This document shows, in pieces, positions 17,740 through 27,034 of a stretch of DNA of 64,000 nucleotides. Positions within the stretch are counted from its first letter, which is position 1. The number at the start of each line of letters is the position of its first letter. Source of the DNA: an uncultured archaeon (GTDB lineage: Archaea > Aenigmatarchaeota > Aenigmatarchaeia > QMZP01 > JACQNV01); the NCBI GenBank assembly GCA_964410585.1, contig CAYPFW010000003.1, forward strand, positions 52,465-116,464, in the 5' to 3' direction. The translations under genes and the position numbers were made by a program. The notes under the pieces were generated by a model. That model searched no databases and was not told the origin of the DNA. It worked only from the letters and a program-made list of their open reading frames with translations.

Positions 17740-18752
17740 ATCTGATAGATAGATGCTTCTGTAATATTCGTGATCTCTTCGCCAGCTATTTTGAGAATAT
17801 CAATTATCTCCTCCCTATTGAGAGAAGCGAATGTATTAGAACCATATTCTGTGAGGTTGTTAATTAATTCAGGTTTTTCCAGCAAACCGTGCTTATGTAT
17901 TATATAATAATCTTCTGTTTCCTTGGCTCGTCTCATTTCTTCCTCTGAAACAAGTAGTTCATGTATTTTTTCCCCAGGCCTAATACCAACAATTTTAGTA
18001 GGGTAATTAGGATTATTTGCTAGTATTTCTCCCATCACTTTTGCGAGATCTGTTATTTTACACGCAGGCATTTTTTTGACAAAAAGTTGACCATTTTTCC
18101 CATATTTAGTAGCGTAGAAAACAAGACCTATTGCTTGCTCCAGAGACAGAAGAAATCTTGTCATATCAGAATGTGTTATTGGTAGGAATTTTTTATTTTT
18201 TATTCTTTCCTTGAAAAACGGTATCACGCTCCCTCTACTGGAAAGGACATTACCATACCTTACACAAATAAAATCTGTTGTACTATCTGTATCATCGAAC
18301 ATGACCCTTTCTTGCAGAGCCTTTGTCATACCCATAACATTTACAGGCTTAACTGCCTTGTCTGTACTTATTGTCACAACTTTTTTTACATCGTTTTCTA
18401 TTGCAGCCATTTTCACATTATAGGCACCTAACAAATTTGTTTTAACTGCTTCCATTGGGAAAGATTCGTAACCCGGAACATGCTTGTAAGCAGCTGCATG
18501 ATAAATCACATCAATACCTTTAAACGACTGTTTTAGCTTTTCAATATCTCTAACATCACCAATAATAAATTTAAGTCTACTTTCGTGTTCCTCTAGCCTG
18601 TTCTTCATGTGATATTGCTTGTTTTCATCTCTGCTAAATATAACTATTTTTTCTGGGTCCATCTTAAGCAGGCTATTAATTATCGTGTTTCCAAAGCTTC
18701 CAGTACCACCAGTTACAAGAACACGCTTTCCTTTTAATAAATTTTCAAACAT
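17736..18752 (-). CDS. fnlA: UDP-GlcNAc 4,6-dehydratase/5-epimerase (FnlA/CapE/WbjB type)
   Basis: TGGTGSFG, FSRDE, STDKAV, MGMTK (Met in place of the catalytic Tyr, as in FnlA/CapE), RYGNV, GIRPGEKIHE. Confidence 0.8.
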   Translation of the reverse strand: MFENLLKGKRVLVTGGTGSFGNTIINSLLKMDPEKIVIFSRDENKQYHMKNRLEEHESRLKFIIGDVRDIEKLKQSFKGIDVIYHAAAYKHVPGYESFPMEAVKTNLLGAYNVKMAAIENDVKKVVTISTDKAVKPVNVMGMTKALQERVMFDDTDSTTDFICVRYGNVLSSRGSVIPFFKERIKNKKFLPITHSDMTRFLLSLEQAIGLVFYATKYGKNGQLFVKKMPACKITDLAKVMGEILANNPNYPTKIVGIRPGEKIHELLVSEEEMRRAKETEDYYIIHKHGLLEKPELINNLTEYGSNTFASLNREEIIDILKIAGEEITNITEASIYQI

Positions 18753-18854
18753 AGGGATAACTAATAATGACTTTTTTTAAAGTTTGTCCCATATCAGGCA
18801 ATTAGGACATTTGACTTATCTATATTATTATATGACATATACAAAAATAACACT

Positions 18855-19868
18855 ATGTATCCAAAAGTGACTGCTATAATTGTCAACTACAACGGTGAGG
18901 AATATCTAAGAAAATGCTTTCACTCAATTGTAAATCAAGATTATCCTATTGGTAGATTGCAAATAATAGTAGTTGATAATGCATCAAAAGATGCTTCTGT
19001 TTCATATATAAAAAATAATTATAAGAGTGTAAATGTTATCGATTCTGGGGGCAATCTTGGATATTCTGGTGGTGCTAATGTTGGATATAAACACGCAACT
19101 GGTGACTATGTGGCTCTAATGGCTAATGATATGATTTTTCCAAAAAAATGGGTAAAGGAAATGGTAGGTTCTTTTGAAAAAGATAAGACTATAGCGGCTG
19201 TTACATCTACCATGATCAATGTTGGTGAAAAAAGGGAAGAAGGTGAATTACTAAATGCTTCGCCTATTTTGGTTGGAAGGACAGACACAAAAAAGTCTGG
19301 TTATACTATAGTTCCTTGGGGAGGGGCGTGCATGTTTAGGAAAAATCTCTTCAAGCTACCCTTTGATTCTGAGTATTTTATTTATGGCGAAGATATTTAC
19401 CTTGGCCTCCTTTCATGGCTTCGAGGATATAAGCTAGTAGAAAACAAAATAAAAGTAATACATTTCGGATCTATAACTGTTGGGTTTTTCAGTAAAATAC
19501 AGGTCCACTATAATGAAAGAAACAGATTAATTAACATCTTGTCTTTTTTCAAATGGAAAACAATTTTTCTTTTATCACCTCTTATAATAGCTGACATTTT
19601 AATAAAAACTATCTATTTTCTAAGTATCAACCGTCCTGACCTTGTTGATGCTGAGAAAAAGGCAATCTTCTGGAACATAAAAAACTTAAATAAAGTTCTA
19701 ATTAAAAGGCGTGCCATACAAAAACAAAGAAAAGTCGGCGACTTCACACTGCTAAATATCTTTTGCGAAAACATATATGGAGAAGGGGGATTTAAGAGGG
19801 CTTTCAATATTCTATCAACTGGTTATTTCCAATGTATAAAAAAATTTTACCGAAAATTCAATTTTTAG
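18855..19868 (+). CDS. GT2 glycosyltransferase (rhamnosyltransferase-like)
   Basis: IVNYNG, VDNASKD, NLGYSGG, YGED. Confidence 0.88.
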   Translation: MYPKVTAIIVNYNGEEYLRKCFHSIVNQDYPIGRLQIIVVDNASKDASVSYIKNNYKSVNVIDSGGNLGYSGGANVGYKHATGDYVALMANDMIFPKKWVKEMVGSFEKDKTIAAVTSTMINVGEKREEGELLNASPILVGRTDTKKSGYTIVPWGGACMFRKNLFKLPFDSEYFIYGEDIYLGLLSWLRGYKLVENKIKVIHFGSITVGFFSKIQVHYNERNRLINILSFFKWKTIFLLSPLIIADILIKTIYFLSINRPDLVDAEKKAIFWNIKNLNKVLIKRRAIQKQRKVGDFTLLNIFCENIYGEGGFKRAFNILSTGYFQCIKKFYRKFNF

Positions 19869-20664
19869 ACTTCCTTATCTTGAATAGATTTATGTAACCC
19901 TCTAATCCTGTATCTAGTATAACCGAATCTATTTTTATTAATTTTCTAATTAGAGGTAAGAACTTTTTATAATAATTTAAGTATTTCATCTTTGGGTTTT
20001 CATACCACATAACATCATCGTATGCCCCTTTCTGAACAGCTGCTATATAAGCTATATCATCTATTAATTTTACAAACCAAAATCCACAGAAATCAATTCT
20101 CTCTACTTTAAATCCAAAATAGCTGAGTTCTCTCTTCAGTCTAGTAGGTGAAAACCCACCATAGTAGTGTCCATATGGAAATATGAAAAGTGGGTTTCTT
20201 GTTAGCTTTCCTAGAAACCAGGAAACTGAAAGAGCAGGCATTGGACCTATTGATGGGAAGTTGACTATCCTATTGGGTGTTGTAAATAAAAACACAGAAT
20301 CATGTTTCAATACCCTGTTTACTTCTATCAAATATTTTTTGTAATCTCTTATATGCTCTATAACTTCCGAAGATATGATCTGATCATAAACATTTTCTTT
20401 GAAAGGTAATTGGGTACCATCACCTATAACAAATAAGCAATTTTTTGGGCATATGGATTTAGCAACTTTTATAGCATCCTTTCTTATTTCAAACCCAACA
20501 ACAGTCTTGCATTTTTTTGAAATGTCTAATGTTAATATCCCTACACTACATCCTAAATCTAGGCAAAGATCAACATTTTCTGAATACTTGTTTATTTTTT
20601 CAAACCTTACAATAGCACTTGGTAAATATTTTTTAAAAAAAAATAAATCAGAAACTTTAGACAT
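19858..20664 (-). CDS. Class I SAM-dependent methyltransferase
   Basis: LDLGCSVG, LPF, SEVIEHI, TTPN. Confidence 0.88.
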   Translation of the reverse strand: MSKVSDLFFFKKYLPSAIVRFEKINKYSENVDLCLDLGCSVGILTLDISKKCKTVVGFEIRKDAIKVAKSICPKNCLFVIGDGTQLPFKENVYDQIISSEVIEHIRDYKKYLIEVNRVLKHDSVFLFTTPNRIVNFPSIGPMPALSVSWFLGKLTRNPLFIFPYGHYYGGFSPTRLKRELSYFGFKVERIDFCGFWFVKLIDDIAYIAAVQKGAYDDVMWYENPKMKYLNYYKKFLPLIRKLIKIDSVILDTGLEGYINLFKIRKSKN

Positions 20665-20759
20665 ATTGATATTATAGTTAACTAATATTTAATATGCTAT
20701 ATGCAACAACTATCAATAACTTTATATCTCTAGAGCCATAACACTAAACAGCGTGAATT

Positions 20760-21779
20760 ATGATTTACTTGATTGCTTTAGTTTCTGCATTTATTATAGC
20801 TTTTTTATTTGTAAAACCATCCAGCAAATTTTTATTTAGAGCGGGAATAAAAGGAATAGATCAACAAAAAGAAAATAGGCCAGAACTGCCAACGTCAATA
20901 GGGACTGTAGTGATGGCCGGGCTCCTTGGGGGAATATTCATAATCATTGGAGTTGATACATTCTTGCTAAAAACTCAAATAGACCTAACCACTCTCTTTG
21001 CTGCTTCTTTCTCTATAATTATTATCACATTCATAGGATTTTTAGATGATGTTAATGTAGCTAGGGCACCAAAAAAGGATAAGGGTTTAAAAGATTATAG
21101 ATTAGGATTAAAACAGTGGCAGAAACCGCTTCTTGTTTTACCTGCAGCTATCCCATTAATGGCTGTAAAGGCAGGTGTAACAGAAATGGCACTGCCATTT
21201 ATAGGTATAGTTAATTTTGGTGTTCTATACCCACTTATTCTGGTTCCGCTTGCAGTTGTTTTTGTTACAAACGCCACAAATATGCTTGCTGGGATGAATG
21301 GACTTGAATCTGGATTGGGTTTAGTAACAACAATCTCGATAGGCATCTTTGCTTTTTTTGCAGGCAGACCAGAAGCAGCTATAATAGCATTTTCAACTTC
21401 AGGCGCCCTTGCAGCTATTCTCATCTTTAATTGGTATCCTGCTAAAGTTCTACCAGGCGATTCTCTTACATACTTAGTTGGTGCTTCTATTGTCTCGTCT
21501 ATTATAATAGGCAATATAGAAAGATTTGGAATTTTCATCTTTGCTATTTGGGTAATAGAATTTCTTTTAAAGCTCAGATCAAAATTCAAAGCCCGGACTC
21601 TTGGAAATTTAAACAACAATGTCCTTGAGCCACCATATAAAAAGATATATTCTATAGCCCACATTCTAATGAAATTTAGACTGAAAGAAAATCAAATAAC
21701 AAACTATTTACTGTTTATACAAATTTTAATATGTCTTTTAGCGCTTATTATGTATATACCGCTTCTAACAATTTTATAA
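20760..21779 (+). CDS. aglH: UDP-GlcNAc:dolichol-phosphate GlcNAc-1-P transferase (AglH/Alg7, MraY family)
   Basis: Multi-TM; IGFLDD, NATNMLAGMNGLE, FNWYPAKVLPGDS. Confidence 0.85.
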   Translation: MIYLIALVSAFIIAFLFVKPSSKFLFRAGIKGIDQQKENRPELPTSIGTVVMAGLLGGIFIIIGVDTFLLKTQIDLTTLFAASFSIIIITFIGFLDDVNVARAPKKDKGLKDYRLGLKQWQKPLLVLPAAIPLMAVKAGVTEMALPFIGIVNFGVLYPLILVPLAVVFVTNATNMLAGMNGLESGLGLVTTISIGIFAFFAGRPEAAIIAFSTSGALAAILIFNWYPAKVLPGDSLTYLVGASIVSSIIIGNIERFGIFIFAIWVIEFLLKLRSKFKARTLGNLNNNVLEPPYKKIYSIAHILMKFRLKENQITNYLLFIQILICLLALIMYIPLLTIL

Positions 21780-21786
21780 TTTTTTA

Positions 21787-22035
21787 TCAGTTTGTATTGT
21801 TTGAGGACTTCCAATCTGCTTTTAATTCTTTAAGAAATAGGCTTAAAATCAAGACTACAAGAAAGATAAAAAACAAAAACGAGCCCACAATAGCACTTGA
21901 ACCCGCTATTGAATTACCTTCTGAAACAGATAAACTAAAGCCAATAATAACTAGAAGTATGCCTAACCCCATGAACAAAAAAGATATGTTCTCAACTGTC
22001 TCGTATCTATCGGCGCCTCTAATCTTAATTTTCAT
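21787..22035 (-). CDS. Small 2-TM membrane protein directly downstream of aglB
   Basis: 82 aa with two hydrophobic helices; starts 9 bp after the aglB stop. Confidence 0.65.
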   Translation of the reverse strand: MKIKIRGADRYETVENISFLFMGLGILLVIIGFSLSVSEGNSIAGSSAIVGSFLFFIFLVVLILSLFLKELKADWKSSNNTN

Positions 22036-22044
22036 ATAGGACTA

Positions 22045-24105
22045 TTAAGCTTTCAATTTAAAAACCTTTATTTCGGGATTTTGGTATACAATCTCGAATC
22101 TTGTCAACCCTTCCCCATTAAAGAAATACATTCTAGTGAACATAGAATCCCTTATTGCAGCATCCATTAAAACAGCTGATTTAAATCCCTGGTCAACAAA
22201 AAGCATGCCATCAAAATGCTGGGTATTGTTTGAAGTTAATATTTGAAGCTGATTATTGTTGAAAAAAGCCAAATGTTTTATCACCGCATTCTGACCCTGG
22301 TAAGTTAGAATAGGTATCAAATTACCATCCTTCTGCACTATTGAAGCTGTCAAACCGCCACCGACATACGTCAATTCGCTTTCTGTTTGGCCTGATAGCG
22401 ACATTATTGCAAAGTTTTTTCCCTGTCCTGATTTTGTTGACGCATCATAAGTTCCAAAAAAGCTCAGCCAATAATATTTTCCAATTAAGTCATTGCTTGC
22501 AATAACATAAATATCAGAAACCGGTTTGCATGCATCCTCAGGAACTATATTTCCAAAAGTTGACTTAACACGCTGACACTGCTGTGGTGAAAGCTCCTTA
22601 TATTTTAAAAGCAGACTTGCTGCTTCATTTTCGTCTGATGTTGAAAGTATCCTTCCCATATCCCTTATTCTTATATTATGATTATAGGGTACACAATGAT
22701 CAGCTGTACAATGAGCACCATCTGCGTGAACTTTTAGCCCAGTGTAACCAGTTATTATGTGACCAGGATCCCACCAAGTTGATATTAAAGAATCTTTGTC
22801 AGCATTCTGCTTAAGCCAATTAAGAATATCATACCAACCCTGACTTATTTCTACACCAGAACTAGAGAGCCCCAAACTTATTGCATTTGAAATTGTTGAA
22901 AGTGACAAGAACAAAATTATTCCAAATATAAATGCAGTTATAATGTTCTTTTTATTATAGGTGCTTATGTTGCCTATAACATAACCAGCTGTTGCTGTAG
23001 AAGCTATAGCAAACAAAAGTGAAAATCTTACACCGCGTGTTATGAGGTAGTAGCCAACCAACGCCCACAAAAACAAGAACACATCAGCAAAATCAATTCT
23101 CTTCTTTTTAATTAGCTTGTATATTACCAATATTGGGAGTAAAAACAATGTGAAAACAACTGGAATAAGACCAACTCTATTAACTATAGTGGCAAAACCT
23201 TCTTGTGTAAAAACATTTAAGGGTTGAAGTTCAGCTACAGATATATTAACAATTAGGCTTTCACCAGCAAGACCCGTGAATCCCAAGCCACCAATTAGTG
23301 AGTGAATTGGTGATCCAAATCCTAAACCAAAACCAACAGCACTTGTTAAAATCACGATTATTAGCAAGGGTTTTATTATTTCTTTAAAATCAGTTAATAT
23401 TGGGCCTCTGTTAAAACTTATTTTCCTATTATGAATTATTTCCTCTATAACTCTGAAAATTAAATAGGCTGGTATAAAGACCAAAAATAATATTGTTGGA
23501 AGCCAGCCACCACCCCAATTAAAAACGAAAAGAAGGTTTGATAGTACAGCAAATGCGTAATATATTGGTTTCTTTTTCTTTATTCCTAATATAATTGCGT
23601 AAACAGAAAGGAAAAAATAAAATACTTCTGGAGCATCGTTGTCTGAATATCCGCCTATAGAAACTGATATAAGTGCTGGGGCCAAGGTAGCAAAAAACGC
23701 TGTTGAAATTCCAGCCCATCTGTTTACAAGAGTCTTACCTAATAAGTATGCTGGAATCACAGACAAAATTACCATTATAATTGGTGACCATTTTGCAATG
23801 TCCATCAATGTAAAGTTTCCAAATAGTGAAAAAAATTTGTAGAGTAGTGCTATTGTATATGGCCAACCCTCAAACGGCTCTACAGGTCTGCCAGGCGGAT
23901 AAAAGCTTAGATAATCCCATTTTGGGATGGTCATTCCGTTCTTAACTATAGATTCTGCATGCCTGTAAAAATACCAAGGATCATGGTCTAAAACAGTAGG
24001 CGCAGAGAGCGTTGCCGATCTAACAAAGAACGCTATATACATTATAGCGATCAGCAATATGGCTGTTACAATATCTATTTTTTTTATGTTCAATATGTCC
24101 AACAT
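22045..24105 (-). CDS. aglB: Oligosaccharyltransferase AglB (STT3)
   Basis: DHDPWY, SDND (DxD), ISVAEL, WWDPGH, DLIGK; many TM helices followed by a soluble C-terminal domain. Confidence 0.92.
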   Translation of the reverse strand: MLDILNIKKIDIVTAILLIAIMYIAFFVRSATLSAPTVLDHDPWYFYRHAESIVKNGMTIPKWDYLSFYPPGRPVEPFEGWPYTIALLYKFFSLFGNFTLMDIAKWSPIIMVILSVIPAYLLGKTLVNRWAGISTAFFATLAPALISVSIGGYSDNDAPEVFYFFLSVYAIILGIKKKKPIYYAFAVLSNLLFVFNWGGGWLPTILFLVFIPAYLIFRVIEEIIHNRKISFNRGPILTDFKEIIKPLLIIVILTSAVGFGLGFGSPIHSLIGGLGFTGLAGESLIVNISVAELQPLNVFTQEGFATIVNRVGLIPVVFTLFLLPILVIYKLIKKKRIDFADVFLFLWALVGYYLITRGVRFSLLFAIASTATAGYVIGNISTYNKKNIITAFIFGIILFLSLSTISNAISLGLSSSGVEISQGWYDILNWLKQNADKDSLISTWWDPGHIITGYTGLKVHADGAHCTADHCVPYNHNIRIRDMGRILSTSDENEAASLLLKYKELSPQQCQRVKSTFGNIVPEDACKPVSDIYVIASNDLIGKYYWLSFFGTYDASTKSGQGKNFAIMSLSGQTESELTYVGGGLTASIVQKDGNLIPILTYQGQNAVIKHLAFFNNNQLQILTSNNTQHFDGMLFVDQGFKSAVLMDAAIRDSMFTRMYFFNGEGLTRFEIVYQNPEIKVFKLKA

Positions 24106-24181
24106 ATATTACCACAAAACGAATATGTAAAATATATTTAATGTATTAATAAAAGAAGTCTTATTTGATATATTTAAGAAT

Positions 24182-25372
24182 ATGAAAATTTGTCTAGTTA
24201 ATGATTTTTTCCAGCCTAAAATAACAGGCGGAACAGAGCTTTTTTTAAAATCACTGTACGATTACTTGGGGAGCCAGGGAGTTGAGATAATTTTGATCAC
24301 AGACAAGTCTGTTGTAGGTGATACTGGATTTAAAACATATAGAATAAACTCATCTCCAGTTAGTTTTAAACATCTAAAACAAATACCCGGAGTAACTCTT
24401 CCGTGGTTAGGGTTCAATAGAAGTTTGATGGATCAAATTAAAAGAATATATAAAAAAGAAAACCCAGATATTCTACACATAAACAATTTATATCATCTTT
24501 CTTTGGCCCCACTACAAGCTTCAGAAAAGCCGTTTTTGCTAGATGTTCATGATTATTGGCCTGTTTGTTTTTCGAAAGATCTTTTTAAAGATGATAGAAA
24601 GTTCTGCCTCCAAAAAGAGAATTGGAGATGCTCTATATGCTTAGCAAAAAAATTCAATTTTCCTGCCGAGCCATTATTTGTACCAAATTTGTATATTGAG
24701 TCTTCTATAAAAAGAAAAACTCTTTCAAAAGCAAAAACTATTGTTTGCCACTCTGATTTTGTTAGGAAAAGACTAGAGGAGAGGGGTTATGAAAGCGAAG
24801 TTATACCATACCCGTATTTTGGTAAAAAGTTTTTGGGGGATAAAAAAAACAACAAACCCCTAGGCCTGCTTTTTGTTGGTAGACTTGATCACAAAAAGGG
24901 TGCAGATATACTATTAAAAGTTGCTAATGATTTGAAAAACAAGTTGGATTTCAGGATAGATGTTATTGGGGAAGGTGAGTTAAAGAATATTTTAGATAGA
25001 GAAGATTTAAACATCTTTATACACGGGTTTTTGGGGGATGAAAAGTATAAATTTTTTGAAGAAGCTGACATGCTTTTGGCGCCATCGAGATGGCCAGAGC
25101 CATTTGGAATTGTAGCACTAGAAGCTATGGAGTATAAGGTCCCTATAATAACTCTTAATTCATCAGGCGGTCTAATGGAACTCGTCAAAGAAAACGGTGT
25201 GGGTATTGTATCAACAGAAGCTATGTTTTCTGAAGATATAATCCATCTTTATAATAACAAGAATCAAATTGAGATATTTAAAACAAATTGTAAAAACATT
25301 GAGAAGTACAACAAACAAAAAATCTTTAAAAATTATACAAAACTCTTTGAGAGGTTATATAATGGAAAATAA
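24182..25372 (+). CDS. GT4 glycosyltransferase
   Basis: GGTE, HDYW, FVGRL..KG, PSRWPEPFGIVALEA. Confidence 0.92.
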   Translation: MKICLVNDFFQPKITGGTELFLKSLYDYLGSQGVEIILITDKSVVGDTGFKTYRINSSPVSFKHLKQIPGVTLPWLGFNRSLMDQIKRIYKKENPDILHINNLYHLSLAPLQASEKPFLLDVHDYWPVCFSKDLFKDDRKFCLQKENWRCSICLAKKFNFPAEPLFVPNLYIESSIKRKTLSKAKTIVCHSDFVRKRLEERGYESEVIPYPYFGKKFLGDKKNNKPLGLLFVGRLDHKKGADILLKVANDLKNKLDFRIDVIGEGELKNILDREDLNIFIHGFLGDEKYKFFEEADMLLAPSRWPEPFGIVALEAMEYKVPIITLNSSGGLMELVKENGVGIVSTEAMFSEDIIHLYNNKNQIEIFKTNCKNIEKYNKQKIFKNYTKLFERLYNGK

Positions 25373-26969
25373 ATTTTGGTTAAGCATATTAATCATTGTC
25401 ATATTTGCATCGCTTATAATTAATTTAAGCGTTACTTTAACAACACCAACTGTTTTTGGTGATGAGGGTTTCTACGCATCAAGAGCTCAATGGATTTGGG
25501 AAAATAAACAAGTTCCTACTATTTACCATGTTCAATCGCAAAGCGAAGCATTTAAAAACTATTTTATCAGACCTCCATTCATGCTTACTTTATTGGCATC
25601 TATTTTTGGTATAGGTGGAGAGATTTTAGTTAAGGGGTTCCTTCCTTTTGTATCTCTTGCAACTGCGCTATTAGTATTCTTGTTTGTTAAAAAAATGTAT
25701 TCAAAAGAAGCCGGTGTTGTATCAACAGTATTTTTGATAGCCATACCATCATTTATAACATATACAATTTTACTATATGTTGAAGCTGTTTCTGTCTTTC
25801 TCATAACAGCCTCTCTATATTTCCTATATAGCGGTCTCACAGATAACAAAAAAAAATTTATTATTCTTTCTGGAGCATGTGCAGGGGTTGCGGCCTTAAC
25901 AGATGTTGGTAGTTTTATAATGCCTGCAATCTATTTCCTAATTTTGCTTCTATACAAAATCAACATATTTGACTTTATCAAAAAATTCATAACTATTTTC
26001 ATTGTTTTTTTAATTGTAATTACACCTTGGTATTTTATACACAATTATTCACTTGCTGGTACTGTTGGCATACCGCTTGCTGAGAGAATACCAATACTGA
26101 GCAATTTTGCAAAGGGAAGTTCAATGGTTATCACAAAAGATATAGAAAACATAAACGGTAATACTGAGGGGTTCAAAAGTCCAACAGAAATTGGCGGTGG
26201 AACAAGTGATACTATACTTAAAGTTGGCTTCATTAACTATATAGAATTTGCATACAGTCAATTTATCATATTTTTTTCTTTTATAGGCCTTATATACGTG
26301 CTGCTAAATAGAGGAAAAAAGGAAATATTAATTTTAATATGGCTTTTTGTGTTGCTTATTGTAAATTACTATCTTACAGCCAATGGAAGAGCAGAAGATG
26401 CAGCAAGAGCTCTTCTTGCAACAACCGTACCTATATCAATTCTTGCTGGACTCTCAGTTGAAAAGATTTATTCTGAAGTAAAGTCACTTCATAGTTTAGG
26501 TAAGTATATTGCAGTAGTAGTTGTAATTATGCTTATTTTATTGAGTATCAATTCTTCAAACTTAAAAGCACAATCTTTAAAACCTATTAAGCAGTTTTCA
26601 ACATCTTTTTTCCAAGCATGCGACTGGATAAAACAGAATACAGAACAAGGATCGCTTTTAGTTACACTATGGCAACATAGAGCAGAATATGCATGTAAGA
26701 GAGACACATTGTGGATATCTGATCCCGGAATAGGGCAAGCTATTTTAGCCCATGACAATAGGACGTATGCTATTTTCAAGGCACACGGAGCCGATTATAT
26801 ATTCATACAAAAATTCTCAATAAGCCAGGGCAATGAGGGGGAAAGCTATCCGCTAGATTTTGTAAAATATTTAAGCGAAACACCAAGCTATCAACTTGTA
26901 TATGAGACAACAGCTGGATGTTTGGGTAGCACAATTGGGGATTGTAGCATGGTTTATAAAACTTTATAG
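25362..26969 (+). CDS. GT-C fold membrane glycosyltransferase (ArnT/PMT-like)
   Basis: FGDEGFY acidic loop after TM1; RPP; many TMs; C-terminal DWIKQNT domain; start MENKFW. Confidence 0.78.
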   Translation: MENKFWLSILIIVIFASLIINLSVTLTTPTVFGDEGFYASRAQWIWENKQVPTIYHVQSQSEAFKNYFIRPPFMLTLLASIFGIGGEILVKGFLPFVSLATALLVFLFVKKMYSKEAGVVSTVFLIAIPSFITYTILLYVEAVSVFLITASLYFLYSGLTDNKKKFIILSGACAGVAALTDVGSFIMPAIYFLILLLYKINIFDFIKKFITIFIVFLIVITPWYFIHNYSLAGTVGIPLAERIPILSNFAKGSSMVITKDIENINGNTEGFKSPTEIGGGTSDTILKVGFINYIEFAYSQFIIFFSFIGLIYVLLNRGKKEILILIWLFVLLIVNYYLTANGRAEDAARALLATTVPISILAGLSVEKIYSEVKSLHSLGKYIAVVVVIMLILLSINSSNLKAQSLKPIKQFSTSFFQACDWIKQNTEQGSLLVTLWQHRAEYACKRDTLWISDPGIGQAILAHDNRTYAIFKAHGADYIFIQKFSISQGNEGESYPLDFVKYLSETPSYQLVYETTAGCLGSTIGDCSMVYKTL

Positions 26970-27034
26970 ACAAAACAATCCCTTAAACACCTATTATTAG
27001 GAGTTGTTAAATCAAGTCTTATTGAAATATATAC

